This document shows, one piece after another, positions 25,987 to 35,104 of a DNA stretch of 39,566 nt. The notes beneath the pieces were generated by a model. That model saw nothing but the letters and a program-made list of their open reading frames with translations, was not told the DNA's origin and did not search any database. The position numbers were made by a program, and so were the translations under genes. This DNA is from Planctomycetaceae bacterium (GTDB lineage Bacteria > Planctomycetota > Planctomycetia > Pirellulales > Thermoguttaceae): assembly GCA_003509805.1 (NCBI GenBank), contig DOMV01000119.1, positions 729 to 40,294 on the forward strand, read 5' to 3'. Every line of letters begins with the position of its first letter. Positions within the stretch are counted from its first letter, which is position 1.

Positions 25987-27792
25987 CTAAACGATTTCCG
26001 CTTTGAATTCCGCTTCCAATAATTTTTTGCCTTTCGCTCCTTGGGCGTCGTCGACGGTGACGCTCACGCACACTTCGCTAGTGGCAATCAGGCTGACATT
26101 GATGCCGCCGTCGGCGAGCGTGCGGAACATGCGGTAGGCAAGCCCGGTGTGGCTGCGGAGTCCCGTACCCCGCAGGATCAGTTTCGCGACCGTCGGGTTG
26201 TGCGTCACGACGTCGCATTGGAGATGTTTCCGCAATTTTTCGCAAACGGCGAGTGTCTTTTTCAAGTCATCGCGGGCAACCGTGAAACTGAAACTCGCGA
26301 CGCCGTCGACGCCGTTGCTTTGAACGATCATGTCGACGACGACTCCCTCGGCGGCAATCCGGTCGAACACGGTCGCCGCGATTCCCGGAGTATCGGGCAT
26401 CCCGGCAAGCGTGATCCGCGACTGGGTCCGGTCGAGCGAAACCTCCTCGATAAGGATGTCCTCCATGCCGAGATTGGAAACGCTCTGATGCTTGGCGAAC
26501 ACGTCGGCAGGGCTCTGCTTCGCGATCTTCCGTCGCGGCGAACAGACCGACGCTCCTTTTTTCCCTTTCGGCGCAACGAGCGGTCTTTCCAGTTGAAACT
26601 CGCGATGCAAGGATCGCAGCGCCTCCTGGGCCTGGGCTTTTTCGATCAGCGCCGAAATTTTGATTTCGCTCGTGGAAATCATTTTGATGTTGATTCCGCT
26701 TTCGGACAGGGCGTGGAACATCCGCCGGGCGACGCCGTGCTGGTTTTCCATGCCGAGTCCGACCACGGAAACCTTGGCGACATCGTCTTCGTATTCGACA
26801 CCGACGGCGCCGACTTCCTGGGCGGCCAGCCGGAGCACCTCGATCGCCGCCGGGCGGTCGATCGCGGGGACGGTGAAGGAAATGTCGGCAAGACCGTCGC
26901 CGCCCACGTTCTGGACGATCATGTCAACCGCGATTTTCGCTTCGGCCATCCGGGAGAAAATGCGCACGGCATTGCCCGGCCGGTCGGGCACATCGACGAT
27001 GGTCAACCGGGATTCTTTCGCCGCGAGGGCGACCCCGCTCACCGGGGCGCAATCCGATTCCGGTTCGGCGAGGATCAACGACCCGGTCGTATCGCTGAAA
27101 CTGCTGCGAACATGGATCGCGACGCCGAATTTTTTGGCGAATTCGATCGACCGGCTGTGCATGACGCCGGCCCCGAGGCTGGCCAGTTCGAGCATTTCAT
27201 CGTAGGCGATCCGCTCCACCTTCCTCGCTTCCGGGAGCAATCGCGGATCGGTCGTGTAGACGCCGTCAACATCCGTATAGATTTCGCATTCATGCGCTCC
27301 CAATGCCGCGGCAAGCGCCACCGCCGTCGTATCGCTTCCGCCCCGGCCGAGCGTGGTGATGTTACCTTCGTCGTCAATCCCCTGGAAACCGGCGGCAATG
27401 ACGATCTTCCCGGAATCGAGCGCTTTCCTCATGCGCTCCGTCGAAATCGATTTGATCCGTGCCCGCATGAACGCGTTGTCCGTCTTGATCCCGAGCTGCG
27501 CCGCCGTCATGCTGACCGCGTCTTCACCGAGCGATTTGAGGGCGATCGCCATCAGGGCCACCGTCACCTGCTCGCCGCTCGACATCAGCATGTCCATTTC
27601 CCGGGAATCGGGACGTTCCATGATTTCATGGGCCAGCGCGATCAGGTGGTCGGTCGTTTTTCCCATCGCGCTGAGCACCATAACCACTTGGTGGCCCTGC
27701 TGTTTCGCCCGGATTGCCTTCCGGGCCGCTTCACAAATTTTCCGGGTGTCGGCAACGCTCGTGCCGCCGAATTTCTGGACGAGAATGGTCAT
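25987..27792 (-). CDS. lysC: aspartate kinase with duplicated (4x) ACT regulatory domains
   Basis: The ATG at 27792 (MTILVQKFGGTSV...). Motifs: VVMVLSAMGKTTD, GRGGSDTTAVALAA. After the usual ACT pair and a linker, a second ACT pair follows. Total length is 601 aa. Confidence 0.93.
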   Translation of the reverse strand: MTILVQKFGGTSVADTRKICEAARKAIRAKQQGHQVVMVLSAMGKTTDHLIALAHEIMERPDSREMDMLMSSGEQVTVALMAIALKSLGEDAVSMTAAQLGIKTDNAFMRARIKSISTERMRKALDSGKIVIAAGFQGIDDEGNITTLGRGGSDTTAVALAAALGAHECEIYTDVDGVYTTDPRLLPEARKVERIAYDEMLELASLGAGVMHSRSIEFAKKFGVAIHVRSSFSDTTGSLILAEPESDCAPVSGVALAAKESRLTIVDVPDRPGNAVRIFSRMAEAKIAVDMIVQNVGGDGLADISFTVPAIDRPAAIEVLRLAAQEVGAVGVEYEDDVAKVSVVGLGMENQHGVARRMFHALSESGINIKMISTSEIKISALIEKAQAQEALRSLHREFQLERPLVAPKGKKGASVCSPRRKIAKQSPADVFAKHQSVSNLGMEDILIEEVSLDRTQSRITLAGMPDTPGIAATVFDRIAAEGVVVDMIVQSNGVDGVASFSFTVARDDLKKTLAVCEKLRKHLQCDVVTHNPTVAKLILRGTGLRSHTGLAYRMFRTLADGGINVSLIATSEVCVSVTVDDAQGAKGKKLLEAEFKAEIV

Positions 27793-27817
27793 GGGTGATA
27801 GACGGAATGGGGTTGAA

Positions 27818-27861
27818 ATACAGTGAAAATACAGTGAAAATACGGTGAGAATACGGTGAGA
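27818..27861. repeat. 11-nt tandem repeat x4 in lysC upstream leader
   Basis: ATACAGTGAAA ATACAGTGAAA ATACGGTGAGA ATACGGTGAGA, with no gaps. It lies 26-69 nt upstream of the lysC ATG (27792, minus strand). Confidence 0.9.
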
Positions 27862-27891
27862 ATTCCGGGAAAAGTCCAGCGGTTTTCGGGA

Positions 27892-28040
27892 TATACTGCG
27901 AACGGCAAGAAAATCCTCCCGCGAACAATCACCTGCCGCTCGAACACAACGTGTAACCTGATGCTTCAAAACAAGTTAGAGCTGGCGAGTGCGGCAGGCA
28001 GGCTTGACCAAATGTGCGTTTTCATCGCGTTTCCAGTATC
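27892..28040 (+). repeat. family A element, full copy (A4)
   Basis: TATACTGCGAACGGCAAGAAAATCCTCCCGCGAACAATCACCTGCCGCTCGAAC...GGCGAGTGCGGCAGGCAGGCTTGACCAAATGTGCGTTTTCATCGCGTTTCCAGTATC. It lies between the DUF1080 gene stop and the lysC start. Confidence 0.88.
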
Positions 28041-28072
28041 GCTCGTCGATTATGAACTCAAACGGAATTTTG

Positions 28073-29230
28073 TCAATGAGGTGTCCCCGGCGATACGGAT
28101 TCGACGATACGGATGTTGCGAAACAGGATTTTCGTGGCCGGATCGTGCCCTTGGAGTTGGATCGTGCCCGGTTTGAGACGCAGGCCGTTGCGAGGATTTT
28201 CATTTTCGGCCCGGGTGTCGGTCCAATCGACCACCTGGATACCGTTGACCCAGGTTGCGACGCGAGGTCCGCCCACGGCAACGGTCAAAAAATTCCACTG
28301 GCCGTCTTTCGGTCCGACATTACGGCCCACGCAACGGCGGAAAATGCCTCCGGTATCGGTCCCGATGTATTTCCTGTAATCATCAGCGGGCGGATTGTTG
28401 AAAATCTGGCATTCGTAGCCGTTCATCGTTTCGCCCGGGATGCAACGGAAAAAGACGCCGCTGTTGACCGGACCGTCCGTTTTGTATTCCAATTGCAGCA
28501 CGAAATCACCGTATTCGGCGACGCTTTCGACCATGCCGCTCCCGCCGGTCAATTCCAGCACGCCGTCGGTCCAAACAGATTTCGCCGGTTCCGTTGCCGC
28601 TTTCCAGTCGTTTTCCCCGAGCGGCCGCATATTGAGCGGCTTGGCCTGAATCGCCGTGAATCCCGAGAACGGTTTTGTCGTGATCGTCATGTCGCCCGGG
28701 TTTTGCTGGGTGATGAAAGACGGCGTCGTGGAGACGCTTGTCCGACCGGCGTCGGCGTTTTTGCTGGTGGACAAGCATTCGGCAATGGAATCGAACTCAC
28801 ATTCGGGAAGCCAGTGGAACGAGTTGGTCGTTTCCTCCATCTTTTCCCGCATGACGGAAACGAGAATCGGTTGACCGCCTGCGCGAAGTTTTTTCACGGT
28901 CAGCTTGGCGGCCTGGGAATTATTGACGCTGTCCCAACCGAAGGTCGAAACGCCGTCGAAAAGCTGGAGCCGGCCCTCTTGGAGCTGTTCCTCGGTAAGC
29001 GGCAGGAAACCGGTCAACACGGGCGGTCGCGTTCCCGGCTCCTGGGACGGATACGCGGCGGCGTGATCGACCGCGACATCTGTCAACGCATCGTTTGAAC
29101 CATCCCCGAACATGGCGGCGACTTCTTCATCGCTCAAGGGGACGGGAAAGAAATCGCAACCGCAGCAAAGAAACGCCAAAACTATCGGAAAAAATCGCGG
29201 CATCATCTTTTCAGCCCTCATCCTTTTCAT
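28073..29230 (-). CDS. DUF1080 (3-keto-disaccharide hydrolase-like) domain lipoprotein
   Basis: The C-terminal half has DUF1080 hallmarks (GDFVLQLEYKTDGPVNSGVFFR, WNFLTVAVGGPRVATWVNG, GTIQLQGHD..ILFRNIRI). The N-terminus is signal/lipobox-like (MMPRFFPIVLAFLCCGC). The start is uncertain, somewhere within 29203-29263. Confidence 0.85.
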   Translation of the reverse strand: MKRMRAEKMMPRFFPIVLAFLCCGCDFFPVPLSDEEVAAMFGDGSNDALTDVAVDHAAAYPSQEPGTRPPVLTGFLPLTEEQLQEGRLQLFDGVSTFGWDSVNNSQAAKLTVKKLRAGGQPILVSVMREKMEETTNSFHWLPECEFDSIAECLSTSKNADAGRTSVSTTPSFITQQNPGDMTITTKPFSGFTAIQAKPLNMRPLGENDWKAATEPAKSVWTDGVLELTGGSGMVESVAEYGDFVLQLEYKTDGPVNSGVFFRCIPGETMNGYECQIFNNPPADDYRKYIGTDTGGIFRRCVGRNVGPKDGQWNFLTVAVGGPRVATWVNGIQVVDWTDTRAENENPRNGLRLKPGTIQLQGHDPATKILFRNIRIVESVSPGTPH

Positions 29231-29259
29231 TCCCAAATTGCCGTGAAAACGCGGACAAG

Positions 29260-30255
29260 TCACGCCGATTCATCATCGTGTCGGGCTTCGACATCGTGTC
29301 GGGCGGGATCCGGCGCCACACGTGAGGCACAACCGAGGCATAACCAAAGGGCGGCCATGCGGACGGCGACCCCGTTCGAAACCTGGTCGAGAATCGCGCT
29401 GTGCGAACCGTCGGCGACATCCGGCGTCAACTCCAATCCCCGATTGATCGGCCCCGGCGCGAGAATGAGAACGTCTTTCTTGCACCGGGCGAGCCGTTCG
29501 GCGTTCATGCCGTAAAGGTAGGCGTATTCGCGGATCGAGGGAAACGGTCGAACAACCTGCCGTTCGAATTGGATTCGCAACAGGTTAAACACATCCGCGC
29601 GATCGAGAATTGCGTCGAGCGAATACGAGACCTCGACGCCGAACTTTTCCCATTCCGCCGAAACGAGGGTCGACGGTCCGCAGACGATGACGTTGGCCCC
29701 CAGTGTTTGAAGTCCCTGGATATTCGATCGGGCGGTCCGGCTGTGCGCGATGTCGCCGATCAGGGCGACCGTAAGCCCCTTGACATCTCCAAGACGTTGC
29801 CGGATCGTCAGGATATCGAGCAGGGCCTGTGTCGGGTGCTCATGGGGGCCGTCGCCCGCGTTCAGCACGCAACAACGGAGGTTTTCGGAAAGCAGTTTCG
29901 GCGAACCCGGGCAGGAATGGCGGACAATCACGGCGTCAATACCCATGGCCTCGATATTCCGTGCCGTATCGATAAGGGTTTCGCCCTTGGAGACACTGCT
30001 GCCCGCGGCGGAGAAATCGACCACGTCGGCCCCCAACCGTCGGGCGGCCAGTCCGAAGCTGAGCCGTGTTCGCGTTGAATTTTCGAAGAACAGGTTGGCG
30101 CAGGTTTTGCCCGCCAGGAGCGGACGTTTACGGCCCGGTTCGTCCAGGATGCGGCGAAATTCCACGGCGGCGTCCAGCAAGGTGATGATTTCCGTCGCGG
30201 AAACACCCTCAAGCCCGAGAAGATGCCGTCGTTGCCAATGACCGGGATAATCCAT
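29260..30255 (-). CDS. pyrB: aspartate carbamoyltransferase catalytic subunit
   Basis: Motifs [13 protein letters not shown] and LAPGPINRG. The ATG at 30255 is preferred over the tracked start at 30294. Confidence 0.93.
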   Translation of the reverse strand: MDYPGHWQRRHLLGLEGVSATEIITLLDAAVEFRRILDEPGRKRPLLAGKTCANLFFENSTRTRLSFGLAARRLGADVVDFSAAGSSVSKGETLIDTARNIEAMGIDAVIVRHSCPGSPKLLSENLRCCVLNAGDGPHEHPTQALLDILTIRQRLGDVKGLTVALIGDIAHSRTARSNIQGLQTLGANVIVCGPSTLVSAEWEKFGVEVSYSLDAILDRADVFNLLRIQFERQVVRPFPSIREYAYLYGMNAERLARCKKDVLILAPGPINRGLELTPDVADGSHSAILDQVSNGVAVRMAALWLCLGCASRVAPDPARHDVEARHDDESA

Positions 30256-30292
30256 GAAAATACGGGAATGATGAAGGAATGGGAAGCGAGAC

Positions 30293-30340
30293 AAAACGGG
30301 CGATTGTGCGAGGGAGGATTATCATGCCGTTTACGGTATC
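30293..30340 (-). repeat. family A 5'-arm fragment
   Basis: AAAACGGGCGATTGTGCGAGGGAGGATTATCATGCCGTTTACGGTATC is the reverse complement of TATACCGTAAACGGCATGATAATCCTCCCTCGCACAATCGCC. The rest of the element is absent. It lies between the glyA stop and the pyrB start. Confidence 0.65.
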
Positions 30341-30351
30341 ACACGCGTTTC

Positions 30352-31647
30352 CTATCGAATTCCCGGAATGGTGAATTGACCGCACAACTCGGCGATTTCG
30401 GCACGGATTTTCGGGGCCTCTTCGTCGATCCGGTTGACCTTGTTGCGAACACGGTCGATCCAAGCGGCGACCTTTTCCATTTCCGGCTCTTTCATTCCCA
30501 TGCTCGTCAGGGCCGGGGTTCCGAGCCGGACGCCGCTCGTTACGAACGGACTGCGATGATCCCCGGGAACCAGGTTGAAATTGGCAATAATCCCGGCTTT
30601 GGCCAAAGCCTGCGACATGTCTTTCCCGGTAAACTCTTCCTTGCGGAAATCGAGCAAGAGCAAATGGGTATCGGTTCCCCCTCCGGCCAGTTCAATTCCG
30701 CGATTTTGCAGCGCCGCGGCCAAATGTTTGGCGTTTTTGACGATCTGGCGCCCGTAATCGCGGAAGGATTCCGTGTCGGCTTCCTTGAACGCAACGGCCA
30801 TGGCGGCGATAATACTCAGGTGCGGCCCCCCCTGGAGCCCGGGAAAAACAGTACGGTCGATTCGTTGAGCAAGGTTCAGCTTGCTTTCCGGATAGTATTT
30901 CGGTCGCAGGCGGTCCTCGATTTTCGAGAGGATGAACCCGGCCCGCGGCCCCCGAAGCATTTTATGGGCGGTACTGGTGACGATGTCACAATACGGGACC
31001 GGATCGGGATGGACTCCGGCGATGATTAACCCGTTAATATGGGCAATATCGGCAACGAGATAAGCGTCGATTTCGCGGGCAATTTCGGCAAATGCTTTGT
31101 AATCAAGCTGATGCGGATAGGCCGTCGTACCGGCCCAGATCATTCTCGGCCGTTCTTTTTTTGCGATTTCACGAACCTGATCCATGTCGATCCGACCGGT
31201 TTGCGGATCGGGAGTGTAAGGGACTTGGACGTAATCTTTACCGGAAAAGTTGACTTTCCAGCCGTGTGTCAGGTGTCCCCCGTCCGTCACGGGTATTCCC
31301 ATGACTTTGTCGCCGTGGTTCATCACGGCCCGGCTGGCCGCTTGATTGGCCGGGGAACCGCTACAAGGCTGGACGTTCACATGTTCACAACCGAACAGCT
31401 TTCGAGCCCGCGCGATGGCGAGGCTCTCCACGTCATCGACGATCTCGTTGCCTTCATAATACCGGGCTCCCGGATAACCTTCCGCGTACTTATTGGTCAG
31501 GGTCGAACCGCAGGCTTCAAGCACGCTGAAGGAAGCGAAGCTCTCGCTGGCGATCATTTTGAGGGTGGTCGCTTCGTAATCCGTTTGTTTTTGGATCAAT
31601 GCGTAAACGTCCGGATCGGATTCTTTCAAATGCGGGTAACGTTCCAT
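30352..31647 (-). CDS. glyA: serine hydroxymethyltransferase
   Basis: 431 aa. IASESF, NKYAEGYPGARYY and STAHKMLRGPRAG (PLP lysine). Confidence 0.96.
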   Translation of the reverse strand: MERYPHLKESDPDVYALIQKQTDYEATTLKMIASESFASFSVLEACGSTLTNKYAEGYPGARYYEGNEIVDDVESLAIARARKLFGCEHVNVQPCSGSPANQAASRAVMNHGDKVMGIPVTDGGHLTHGWKVNFSGKDYVQVPYTPDPQTGRIDMDQVREIAKKERPRMIWAGTTAYPHQLDYKAFAEIAREIDAYLVADIAHINGLIIAGVHPDPVPYCDIVTSTAHKMLRGPRAGFILSKIEDRLRPKYYPESKLNLAQRIDRTVFPGLQGGPHLSIIAAMAVAFKEADTESFRDYGRQIVKNAKHLAAALQNRGIELAGGGTDTHLLLLDFRKEEFTGKDMSQALAKAGIIANFNLVPGDHRSPFVTSGVRLGTPALTSMGMKEPEMEKVAAWIDRVRNKVNRIDEEAPKIRAEIAELCGQFTIPGIR

Positions 31648-31719
31648 CGGTTCAGTAGTGCGTTTGGGTAAATTTGGTGACTTCGGGGAATCCCGATGGT
31701 CGTCCTATACAACACCCGT

Positions 31720-31747
31720 ATTCTACCGTTTATCCGGAAAACGTCAA
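31720..31747 (-). promoter_or_regulatory. sigma70-type promoter for glyA (TTGACG-16-TAGAAT)
   Basis: The reverse strand reads TTGACGttttccggataaacggTAGAAT, about 70 nt upstream of the glyA ATG. Confidence 0.5.
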
Positions 31748-31765
31748 TGCTCCATGTTTTTCCTC

Positions 31766-31799
31766 CATGTCGGGTAATTTTCAACCGCTTCCCGACATG
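31766..31799. promoter_or_regulatory. 9-bp perfect inverted repeat CATGTCGGG-N16-CCCGACATG between divergent glyA and MMPL promoters
   Basis: Read directly from the sequence. A third CATGTCGGG sits at 31883-31891, at the predicted MMPL transcription start. Confidence 0.6.
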
Positions 31800-31847
31800 C
31801 ACCCGGCATACGCCCGAGACATACTATCGTGTTTCGGAAAACTTCTC

Positions 31848-31876
31848 TTGCTTCAAATGGCGAAAATTGATAGACT
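31848..31876 (+). promoter_or_regulatory. sigma70-type promoter for MMPL transporter (TTGCTT-17-TAGACT)
   Basis: Hexamers and spacing fit the consensus. The predicted start point near 31883 coincides with a CATGTCGGG motif. Confidence 0.45.
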
Positions 31877-31959
31877 TCGAACCATGTCGGGGCGCAGGGA
31901 GTGCGCACCGGAATCGTAAGGGTCCGAGGACCATACACCTTAAAGTCGAAAAATGAACC

Positions 31960-34900
31960 ATGCCCACGGAACGGAAGCCGCAGGCGCAGCAGGAACAGGA
32001 ATTTTCACCGCTTTCGGCCCCCTTGGTCGTCCTGGCACGGTTTTGCACCAAACGACCGGTCAGTGTTCTCGCCATCGGGGTCGCGTTTTCCGTTCTGGGC
32101 TTGTTTTATGCCTATTCGCATCTCGGCTTCAAGACGAGCCGGGTCGATCTAATCAATCCGAACAGCGCATTCAATCGTCTTTGGCTCGAATATCTTGAAG
32201 AGTTCGGCGACAACGACGAGATGGTCGTCGTCGTGGAAGGCAAAAACAGTACCGAGGTCATTCCGATTCTCGAATCGCTTTCGGAAAAAATCGCGGCCCA
32301 TCCGACCCTGTTCAAAGGCGTGATTCACGGGGTGGACATCTCGAAAATCCGCGCCAAAGGGTTGCATTACGTTCCGGAAAAAGAACTTGCGACGATTGAA
32401 GGATTCGTGCAGGAAACCCGGCCGATCATCGACGGAAACTGGGCGCACCTGAGCCTCGGATATTTGCTGGAAAACATGGCGATGCGGCTCCAATTGCAGC
32501 GTCAACTCGCCGCCGTGCCGCCCGGGACCGCTGAACTGTCGGAGATGCCGCCGCCGGAAATGCTCCCGCCGGAATTCCGGGGAATCGACTTGAGGGGCGT
32601 TGATTTGAGGGGCATCGACTTGAAAAGCAAGGTGGAATCGACCCGGAGCGAACTGGAGCAGCTCACCTTGAGTTTGGAGCAATCCCTGATTTCGCCCAAC
32701 GCCTCCTACGGTTCTCCCTGGCCGCAAATCCAGGCGGGATCAATGCACCAAATGCCCGACGTCGTCGCCGCCTGTTCCCAGGGAGATACCGGCTATTTCG
32801 TGATTCCGACCAAAAACGGCGTATTCGGTTTCGTCATGCTCCGTATCGCGGATGCGAACAAGCAGTCGTTCACCTACGGTTCCGGGGCGATCGACCAATT
32901 GCGTTCGATCGTCGCGGAGGAACGGGGACGTTTTCCGGAAGTCGACATCGGGATCACGGGCATGATCGTGATTGAAAACGACGAAATGCGGGGCAGCGGC
33001 GAAGCGATGACCCTCGCCTCGATCCTTTCGTTGATCGGTGTGGCCGCGGTCTTCATCGCCGGTCTCGGCGGATTTCGACATCCGATGATGGGCGTCTGCG
33101 CAATGCTGATCGCCTTCGGCTGGACCATCGGCTTCATTACGTTGACGATCGGGCACCTGAACATCCTGAGCGTCGCCTTCGGTTCGATCCTGATCGGCCT
33201 CGGCATTGATTTCGGGACACATTATGTTTCCAGATATTTGCAGGTACGCAAGACGGTCCGCAGCCCTGCCGAGGCGATCGTCCGGGCGGCCGGGATCATC
33301 GGGCCGGGCGTCGTTACCGGCGCGATAACGACGGCAGCCGCGTTTTTCATGGCCGGTTTCGCCGAATTTACCGGGATTGCGGAACTGGGAATCATTTCCG
33401 GCGGCGGGATCCTCTGTTGCTGTCTCGGAGCCGTCACGCTGGTTCCCGCGATGATCGTGCTCAGCGATGCCAACCGGCCGATGCGCCGATTGCCGGAACC
33501 GCTCGACGTTCACGGTTGGATAGCGCCGATTTTCCGCTTTCCCAGGACTTTGATCGCGCTTGCGCTGATCGCGTCCGTACTGATTTGTTTCGGAGTGCCG
33601 AAAGTCTGGTATGACCACAACTTGCTGCACCTCCAGGCGGACGGGGAAGAAAGCGTCGAATGGGAGCGGCGGATGATGGACATTGAAAACGGCGGCCAAA
33701 ACGCCTGGTACGCCCTTTCCATTGCCGAAAGTCGCGAACAGCTTTTACGGCGCAAGGCGGAATTCGAGGAGCGCTACCCGGAATTGAGGGTCGATGAAAT
33801 CGTCTCCTGGTTCCCGGAAACCGATCCGCAACGGACCCCTTACATCAACCGTATTGCCGAGCGGCTTGCCGTACTCCCGGAACGTCCGTCGGAAATCCCG
33901 GTGTCCGATCCCGATGTGGTTGGTCGCACGTTGCACCGGCTCCAGCTCTTGATCGCTTCCGATCCGGGCGCCGCACCGACCGTCAAACGCCTGGAAAACA
34001 TTCGTAACTGGCTTCGTGGCACGGGTCGCGACGAATGTCTTCGCCGGCTTTCGCAGTACCAAAGCTCGATGGCAGGCGACCTGCTTTCCCGGCTGCTCAT
34101 GCTGAAATCGATGTCGAATCCCGAAGCGCCGACGATGAACGACCTGCCGGAATCGTTTTTAACCCGGTTCGTGAGCAAAAACGGCAAGCACCTGATGAAA
34201 ATTTACACCGACGTCGACATCTGGAACATGGAGGAAATGGAGCGTTTCGTCAACAAGGTGCGCAGCGTCGACGCCAATGCGACCGGAACGCCGCTCCAAA
34301 CCTACGAAGCCTCGAAGCAGATGCAACAGGGGTATGTCACCGCCGCGATTTACGCTTTCATCGCCGTGTTCGTCCTGTTGTTCATCGATTTCCGCTGCCT
34401 GAAAGAAACCTTGCTCTCGCTCGCCCCCATGTTGTTGGGGCTTTTGCTGACATTCGGGATATTGGGACTGCTCGACATTCCGCTCAATCCGGCGAACATG
34501 ATCGTCCTGCCCTTGATTCTCGGCGTCGGGATCGATTACGGTGTCCACGTCATTCACGATTTCCGGCTGCAAAAAGGACGGTATAGGATGAGTCCCTCGA
34601 CCGCCGGTTCCGTGTTGATTACGGGGCTGACGACGATGATCGGTTTCGGCTCGCTCATGATCGCTTCCCACAAGGGCCTGCAAAGCCTGGGCCGCGTGCT
34701 CGTGATCGGAATCACCTGTTGCCTGTTCACGTCGCTGATCGTTTTGCCCGCCGTGTTGATCGTATGGAGTGAATTACGCATGAAAAACGGGAGGAAATCG
34801 GAGACGGGCGAATCGGAGACGGGCGACAAAACCGGCCCTCTCGCGGCGGACGTGCCCGGCGAACCGGCTTTTCCGCGGAATGAGGAAACCTCTCCCGATG

Positions 34901-34980
34901 ACGCCGTGATTATTGTTCCGAAACCGCCCGGGAATCCCGAAGAAAACGGTGTGCGTCGCTTGCGACGCCGTGTGGGATGA
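31960..34980 (+). CDS. MMPL/RND-superfamily transporter (HpnN-like architecture)
   Basis: 1006 aa with two blocks of about 6 TM helices separated by large soluble domains, as in MMPL/sterol-sensing-type RND proteins. The C-terminal tail is low-complexity (SETGESETGDKTG). Confidence 0.85.
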   Translation: MPTERKPQAQQEQEFSPLSAPLVVLARFCTKRPVSVLAIGVAFSVLGLFYAYSHLGFKTSRVDLINPNSAFNRLWLEYLEEFGDNDEMVVVVEGKNSTEVIPILESLSEKIAAHPTLFKGVIHGVDISKIRAKGLHYVPEKELATIEGFVQETRPIIDGNWAHLSLGYLLENMAMRLQLQRQLAAVPPGTAELSEMPPPEMLPPEFRGIDLRGVDLRGIDLKSKVESTRSELEQLTLSLEQSLISPNASYGSPWPQIQAGSMHQMPDVVAACSQGDTGYFVIPTKNGVFGFVMLRIADANKQSFTYGSGAIDQLRSIVAEERGRFPEVDIGITGMIVIENDEMRGSGEAMTLASILSLIGVAAVFIAGLGGFRHPMMGVCAMLIAFGWTIGFITLTIGHLNILSVAFGSILIGLGIDFGTHYVSRYLQVRKTVRSPAEAIVRAAGIIGPGVVTGAITTAAAFFMAGFAEFTGIAELGIISGGGILCCCLGAVTLVPAMIVLSDANRPMRRLPEPLDVHGWIAPIFRFPRTLIALALIASVLICFGVPKVWYDHNLLHLQADGEESVEWERRMMDIENGGQNAWYALSIAESREQLLRRKAEFEERYPELRVDEIVSWFPETDPQRTPYINRIAERLAVLPERPSEIPVSDPDVVGRTLHRLQLLIASDPGAAPTVKRLENIRNWLRGTGRDECLRRLSQYQSSMAGDLLSRLLMLKSMSNPEAPTMNDLPESFLTRFVSKNGKHLMKIYTDVDIWNMEEMERFVNKVRSVDANATGTPLQTYEASKQMQQGYVTAAIYAFIAVFVLLFIDFRCLKETLLSLAPMLLGLLLTFGILGLLDIPLNPANMIVLPLILGVGIDYGVHVIHDFRLQKGRYRMSPSTAGSVLITGLTTMIGFGSLMIASHKGLQSLGRVLVIGITCCLFTSLIVLPAVLIVWSELRMKNGRKSETGESETGDKTGPLAADVPGEPAFPRNEETSPDDAVIIVPKPPGNPEENGVRRLRRRVG

Positions 34981-35035
34981 TCCCGGTGACGCCTGTCCGC
35001 TCGCATTCCGGGTGCGAAACGGTCGTGATTTTGTG

Positions 35036-35073
35036 GCCCCGACATGATAGCCCCGACATGATGGCCCCGACAT
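35036..35073. repeat. 14-nt tandem repeat (2 full units plus 1 partial) upstream of sigma54 activator
   Basis: GCCCCGACATGATA GCCCCGACATGATG GCCCCGACAT. Each unit carries CCCGACAT(G), the reverse complement of the CATGTCGGG motif found upstream of the MMPL gene. Confidence 0.9.
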
Positions 35074-35104
35074 TTTGGGGAATGATTTTGGAAGGAATGA
35101 ACCG

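Noticed and set aside
27793-28040. A lysine riboswitch (L-box) upstream of lysC.
   Set aside because: The leader consists of a family A repeat and an 11-nt tandem repeat. I could not find the conserved L-box core helices, and the unique sequence available is too short for that aptamer.
32033-32047. A sigma54-like promoter, TGGCACGGTTTTGCA.
   Set aside because: The GG and GC dinucleotides are separated by 9 nt instead of the required 10. The site also lies inside the MMPL coding sequence, downstream of its start.
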